Origin: Paraspadella gotoi | Taxonomy: Eukaryota; Animalia; Chaetognatha | Length of the DNA: 64,000 nt | NCBI GenBank assembly: GCA_051294375.1 | Contig: CM119264.1 | Coordinates: 19,971,590-20,035,589, forward strand | Direction: 5' to 3' | Translations under genes and position numbers: made by a program | Part shown: one piece after another, positions 63,099 to 64,000 of the stretch | Layout: every line of letters starts with the position of its first letter | How positions within the stretch are numbered: position 1 is the stretch's first letter | The notes under the pieces: generated by a model | Seen by the model: the letters and a program-made list of their open reading frames with translations, nothing else | Databases searched by the model: none | Told to the model about the DNA's origin: nothing

Positions 63099-63799
63099 GT
63101 AAGCGAAGTTTATTTATTCTATGGCCTTAACTTTTGCTTAAAGATACGGAAAGTTGCGTAATTTTATTTCGTAAGTCAATAGATCAAATGCCATAACATA
63201 ATCTGCCTATTTGTAATTTTAAGTTACCCTGTAGTGCAAAGCTTATTACTAATAATTGTGCTGAATTGAATAACATGTTTTGGTTTTCATCATCGTATGT
63301 CCTCAGCTATTTAACATAGTTTTAAAAATCTTAACGTAAAATTATGTAAAATTAAAATTACTAGCTATTACCGATACTATATGTCTTCATTCTTATTATT
63401 AATATTCACATTGTGAAGTAAATAAAATTGATGAATTCCCGGGTTCATATACCTTGATAAAATTATACCACCCCCTCTAAACTTAAACCTAGAAATCATA
63501 AACCACATTCAAACCTCTCTCCTTTTCCTTAAAGCAATTCCACCCGTTAATTGATTTTGAGATCTTGATTTTCAGAACTGATTTAAAAATCTAGGGAAAG
63601 TTGAAAGAATTGCCAAGCATAGCTTTTGAGCCGCATAATTAGCTGAGCACATATCTTATCATTATTAAAAACCAACTGTGCACCACCTCTCAACTCATTT
63701 TATTTTATTTTTTTGTTATTACTATGTTATTTACAAATGCTTTGTTTCGTTTCTTTTATTTCTTTTCGTCATATCTTTTTTGCAATTCTCTCAATTCTA

Positions 63800-64000
63800 C
63801 AGTCCTGTGCAAAAAAAAAGAGGACACCCAAAAACATTATGAAAATAAATCAAGTGAGATTCCTTTAAAATGAAAGATATTGTAAGTAAATAATATTCAT
63901 GATAAAAGGAACTGGTGTAAATTTAATTAATCCATGGCTAAGCAATGATTTTTTTAAAAGTAACTACTATTAAGTACTCAAAAAGAATGTCAGAACAGAA
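63800..64000. mobile_element. Probable left end of a Tc1/mariner-like element running off the window
   Basis: ta|cagtcctgtgcaaaaaaaaagaggacacc resembles the TIR at 35713. Confidence 0.5.

Overview
AT-rich eukaryotic (invertebrate-like animal) genomic DNA. The + strand carries part of a giant intracellular Ig I-set repeat gene (obscurin/UNC-89/titin-like). I can splice 24 GT-AG exons in frame from 11557 to 63098, giving about 23 Ig domains; neither start nor stop lies in the window. The introns and upstream region are packed with nested mobile DNA: several Penelope-like retroelement insertions carrying minimal hammerhead ribozymes, hAT and Tc1/mariner MITEs, Helentron/DINE-1-like non-autonomous elements, small TIR elements filled with TTAGGG-like repeats, a short non-coding LTR element (TRIM-like), and two solo LTRs containing a tRNA-like cassette. 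Five Penelope insertions share a two-armed inverted architecture with 12-15 bp TSDs and a conserved 3' stem. 46323-54173 is a reverse-complement near-copy of 55951-63740 next to 25-N gaps and is probably an assembly or haplotype artefact. All coordinates were read by eye and may be off by a few bases.
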